32,000 nt of DNA, taken from assembly GCA_002794465.1 (NCBI GenBank), contig MTSL01000159.1:61298-93297 (forward strand), in the 5' to 3' direction. The notes beneath the pieces were generated by a model that had not been told where the DNA came from, did no database searches, and worked only from the letters and a program-made list of their open reading frames with translations. A program made the position numbers and the translations under genes. Source of the DNA: Paramicrosporidium saccamoebae KSL3. Taxonomy: Eukaryota > Fungi > Cryptomycota. Of this stretch, positions 28,787 to 32,000 are shown piece by piece (the stretch's first letter is position 1; each line of letters begins with the position of its first letter).

Positions 28787-29392
28787 CTATTTGAGAAACG
28801 ATTTCAACTGCTGACGGGCAAAACTAAATGCAGAGGAAATGGTCTGCTCGTTGAGCGGCATGTCGACGATACTAGTGGGAGTCTTGGCAATCTTGCCGAG
28901 GACCTCATGGACATCAGTCTCCAAAATGATTCTATTCTAATTAAAAGAGGGGGATCAAATAATACCCGCGATCTACAACTTCGTCGAGAGCAAGGGCGGC
29001 TGTATCGTAATGTTCCAGGAAGGCACGCTTGTCCAGTTGTGGTTTTAGGGATTCGGCCAATGTCTCGAAAAAGGTGTCAAGGACACAGGAGAGGAGCAGT
29101 TCATTCTGCTCAGCAGCACCCACCACATAGACCATCAGATCAAGATTTGCACGGAACACTACGACGCGTCCTTCACACATAACCACCTCATCTAAATGGT
29201 CAGAGACAGTGTCGTGGTACTGGTGGGACATTTGCGGGTGCGTGTAAAGAGAGTCGATTCAAAGGTTGTTTGACGTTTCTTTGAGGCTGAGAGGTCGTCG
29301 TGTGGATAGTATTTGGCCATTAGACGTTCTCCATCAGTGTCCAGCACAATGACGGCGCTGACAGTGTACAAGGAGACTGAATTACGGGTCAT
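28787..29392 (-). CDS. RET3: Coatomer zeta subunit, 180 aa; exons 29221..29392, 28966..29191, 28787..28931; introns 29192..29220 (29 nt) and 28932..28965 (34 nt)
   Basis: SLYTVSAVIVLDTDGERLMAKYY, QTTFESTLF, EQNELLL, LALDEVVDRG|IILETD: the COPZ longin-like pattern. Confidence 0.92.
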
Positions 29393-29414
29393 CTTACGGA
29401 TAATTGATTTGTTA

Positions 29415-31154
29415 ATGGGTCGGTCAAAAGACAACGTGGACGAGCCATCGCTGCCGGATTTTGTGTTTACCGAGCCCACTGAAGAGGAACTGCTAAGAGA
29501 GTTGCAGGAATTGGGGATAGCTGAATTTGATTCTTCCAATCCCACCCACGCTGAGGCGATGGCGATGGAAGAAGGAGTGCATCACAGGAGAAATATTCCG
29601 GTGGACCTGGCAGATTACAATGTTGATAATATGGAACTGACGCCTGAAGATGAAAATGATCCAGCTTTGTTGGCCGAACTGGCGGTACTAGAGGGGTCAG
29701 GGAGACTACAGGAATCAGCGCATGATCTAAAGCAAAAGTCCGAACCAACGCTGGAACTAAAGCCAGAAAAAAGTGTTGAGGAGCGCATGAATGAGGCAAA
29801 GAGTCGAGCTTTGGGCTTGAAGAGAAGCGGTGATATGGAAGGAGCCAAGACGGCACTACAAGAATACGAGCGACTCAAAGCATTACTTGCCAAGGATCCT
29901 CAGCCTAGCGAAATCAGCCAGCCAACACCAACTCATCCCGCAATGGAAAAATCCAGCGAGATTGACTTGTTGAAAGAGTTGGCATTGGAGGCAAAACGGG
30001 CGGGGGATCTGGATCAGGCCCGTTCTCTCATGTCGCAGATACTCGCCCTTCAAGGCAATCCCACAAAGTCTGTCAAAGCAAAGTTACTGGCACAGGCAAA
30101 AGAGTGTCAAGAGGCAGCGCGGATTATGATGAATCGTGGTGATCGCACCGCAGCATCCGACTTTACCCGAAAGGAGAAAGCCTTTGCTTTGGATGTAAAG
30201 AAGGGCGTACAGGGCGAAAAGGAGACGGTACAGGTAGAACTGCCCGTTGATACGACTAACTACAACGTGGCTCCTGACGAGCTCTCCGTCCATCTATCAG
30301 CACTAACATTGTCCAAAAGAAGTAAGATGACACCCTCTGCCAAGGTCGAGTACTTTATTCAAACGTTGTTGGAGTGGCCGGTGGACGATGCGACTAACCA
30401 TCGCCAAAACACTGCCAAATTTGCCATTGCAACAAATTCGGCCGAGTTGATGGATAGGAAAATCACATACAAGGCCATTAAACGCGATATGCGCTCCATC
30501 AAGTTTTTTGAGCATCACAAGATACGGGTGGAGCTTTATCGCGTGGAGAGCAGCTTTTTCCGTACTAAAAATGTTCTGGTGGGCTGGACGGCGCTCCGGA
30601 TGGGTCCACTGACTGCCGAAACACGCACAGAAGAGACACTCGACTTGGTCGATGAGAATCGTAAACAAATTGGAGTGTCAATAACAGTCGCGTTGGAATT
30701 GCGCACTCCTCTAAAGAGCTCCTCACAGTCCATGAAGACGGCCAATTGGGTTGTCATGGTGGATGGTGAATCAGGACGAATCTTTAATCCTCCGCCACCA
30801 GAATCTGTCGAGGCCGACACCATAGTTTCCTGCATTAGAAGCTATGTTGTCTTGGAGCACGAAATCGCCCGTCTGAAAGCAGATCCTGTCGCTGAGACTG
30901 ATCCTGCCTTGGTAGCTCTCCTGGGAGCCCTAGAAGGCAAATTATATGATCTGACCGTCAAGGTAGAATTAGGACAGCTCTCCATGGAGGATTACTTGTC
31001 CAATGTACAGGATGCCATTCCCGAGGCAAAAAGAATGGCATTGGAATGTAAACGCGCTGGGAAAATGAATGACGCCCGGAACTGGTTGAAACATGTGCAC
31101 ATGATGGAAGAGGAAATTTCTGAAGCCCAACAAGAGCCCGAAGATGCAGCATAA
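29415..31154 (+). CDS. CC2D1/Lgd-like protein (DM14-like repeats, C2 domain, C-terminal DM14-like helix pair); first ATG at 29415
   Basis: Repeats ALGLKRSGDMEGAKTAL, ALEAKRAGDLDQARSLM and ALECKRAGKMNDARNWL. A beta-rich C2-like region ends in VSITVALELRTPL, and the tail GQLSMEDYL resembles the CC2D1 C-terminus. Confidence 0.7.
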   Translation: MGRSKDNVDEPSLPDFVFTEPTEEELLRELQELGIAEFDSSNPTHAEAMAMEEGVHHRRNIPVDLADYNVDNMELTPEDENDPALLAELAVLEGSGRLQESAHDLKQKSEPTLELKPEKSVEERMNEAKSRALGLKRSGDMEGAKTALQEYERLKALLAKDPQPSEISQPTPTHPAMEKSSEIDLLKELALEAKRAGDLDQARSLMSQILALQGNPTKSVKAKLLAQAKECQEAARIMMNRGDRTAASDFTRKEKAFALDVKKGVQGEKETVQVELPVDTTNYNVAPDELSVHLSALTLSKRSKMTPSAKVEYFIQTLLEWPVDDATNHRQNTAKFAIATNSAELMDRKITYKAIKRDMRSIKFFEHHKIRVELYRVESSFFRTKNVLVGWTALRMGPLTAETRTEETLDLVDENRKQIGVSITVALELRTPLKSSSQSMKTANWVVMVDGESGRIFNPPPPESVEADTIVSCIRSYVVLEHEIARLKADPVAETDPALVALLGALEGKLYDLTVKVELGQLSMEDYLSNVQDAIPEAKRMALECKRAGKMNDARNWLKHVHMMEEEISEAQQEPEDAA

Positions 31155-31332
31155 GCAGTGGTATGGGTAGAGCGTTAGTGTGGGTGGAGTATTAAGGTGG
31201 GCGGGGTAATTGGTGCCATACGGTGAAAATCTAGTGCTCAATGGTATGGATCTATAATGGAAGTATCAACACTGAACCACTTGAATAATGCGACTATCGT
31301 AAACAACACTCACTATCAAATCATTATATACT

Positions 31333-32000
31333 CTAAATACATTCCATCTCTCGTTTCTTCATCCTCGTGTCAATGCAATTTGTAAGTCTCCATAGGATGG
31401 GCGCCAGGATCATTCCCAACGCTGTCACTCCCGCCAGAACATAGTACGATTCACCTGTAATCAATCCCAATCTCCTTCCACGCGCACCCAACATTAAGGC
31501 CAATTCGCTGACCTGAGCAAGATCCACTCCCACCGTGATTGCATGACGCCATTCCAGAGATAATGTCTTCATAATGATAGTGGTGAGGAGAGCCTTTACT
31601 ACGACAATGAATACGGACAATGGGACGAGAAGGAAGAGCTCCCCCCAGAGGAAGCGCATGTCGAGTAATAGACCAACTGAGGCAAAGAAGAAGATGGAGG
31701 CAAATTCGCTGAGAGTAACGATACGCTGATCGCGTGTCTCATGGAGGGCATGGTACACCGGATGGTCGGCGGGGGTAAACGTGGAGACGGCCATTGCTGC
31801 TAGGAACACGCCCAACTCGACTGACACTCCAAAATGATGGCCAGTAATAGTTGCCAGTGCAACAAATCCAATGACTCGCAGATGATCAAACATGGTCCAC
31901 GGAGCAATAGCGACAATGAGACGACTGACTAACATGACGGCAGCTGTGTATGCCGTCGTCCTTACTATAAAAAGGACCACAGTGCTCACAAAATTCCACG
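31333..32000 (-). CDS. CPA2-family K+(Na+)/H+ antiporter (KEA/TMCO3-like), 3' part only
   Basis: Multiple TM helices with SVELGVFLAAM, IFFFASVGL and LAQVSELALML. The frame stays open to the window edge. Confidence 0.78.
   Translation of the reverse strand, partial: WNFVSTVVLFIVRTTAYTAAVMLVSRLIVAIAPWTMFDHLRVIGFVALATITGHHFGVSVELGVFLAAMAVSTFTPADHPVYHALHETRDQRIVTLSEFASIFFFASVGLLLDMRFLWGELFLLVPLSVFIVVVKALLTTIIMKTLSLEWRHAITVGVDLAQVSELALMLGARGRRLGLITGESYYVLAGVTALGMILAPILWRLTNCIDTRMKKREMECI

Noticed and set aside
6384-29392. Functional clustering of trafficking genes (TIP20, ArfGAP, COP-zeta) or mitochondrial genes
   Set aside because: The genes are interspersed with unrelated ones, and these categories are common enough in a reduced genome to co-occur by chance.
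29313-29414. ORF-track starts at TTG/GTG codons (also 468, 5302, 6909, 18505, 18600, 19695, 25563, 25567)
   Set aside because: These are prokaryote-style starts. The real starts are nearby ATGs or spliced upstream exons, as given in the features.

Overview
Gene-dense eukaryotic nuclear DNA (standard code). It holds about 24 protein-coding genes plus one doubtful ORF, 19 well-supported GT-AG introns of only 28-35 nt, seven head-to-head gene pairs whose start codons lie 14-96 bp apart, and short degenerate tandem repeats in most 3' intergenic spacers. Splicing the ORF track gives BMS1 (partial), ISWI, RAD6/UBC2, a mitochondrial 2-Cys peroxiredoxin, RIM2, TIP20/RINT1, TRAP-beta, TBRG1-like, bL35m, RCC1, ADP/ATP carrier, BDP1, YJU2, GCN5, ACAP-type ArfGAP, eL28, tyrosine aminotransferase, RUS1, MDH1-type malate dehydrogenase, COP-zeta, a CC2D1/Lgd-like protein and a partial CPA2 antiporter. 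It also gives three less obvious genes: an NDUFC2-like complex I subunit absent from the ORF track, a possible Abf2/TFAM-like HMG protein and a secreted orphan. The architecture and gene content suggest a compact early-diverging fungal relative (Rozellomycota, e.g. Paramicrosporidium-like); this is inference, not a database result. The most striking observation is an intronless ADP/ATP carrier whose diagnostic residues are amoebozoan/animal-type rather than fungal, a candidate host-derived gene. No rRNA, tRNA, CRISPR array or transposase could be supported. All homology calls come from recalled family motifs and need database confirmation.
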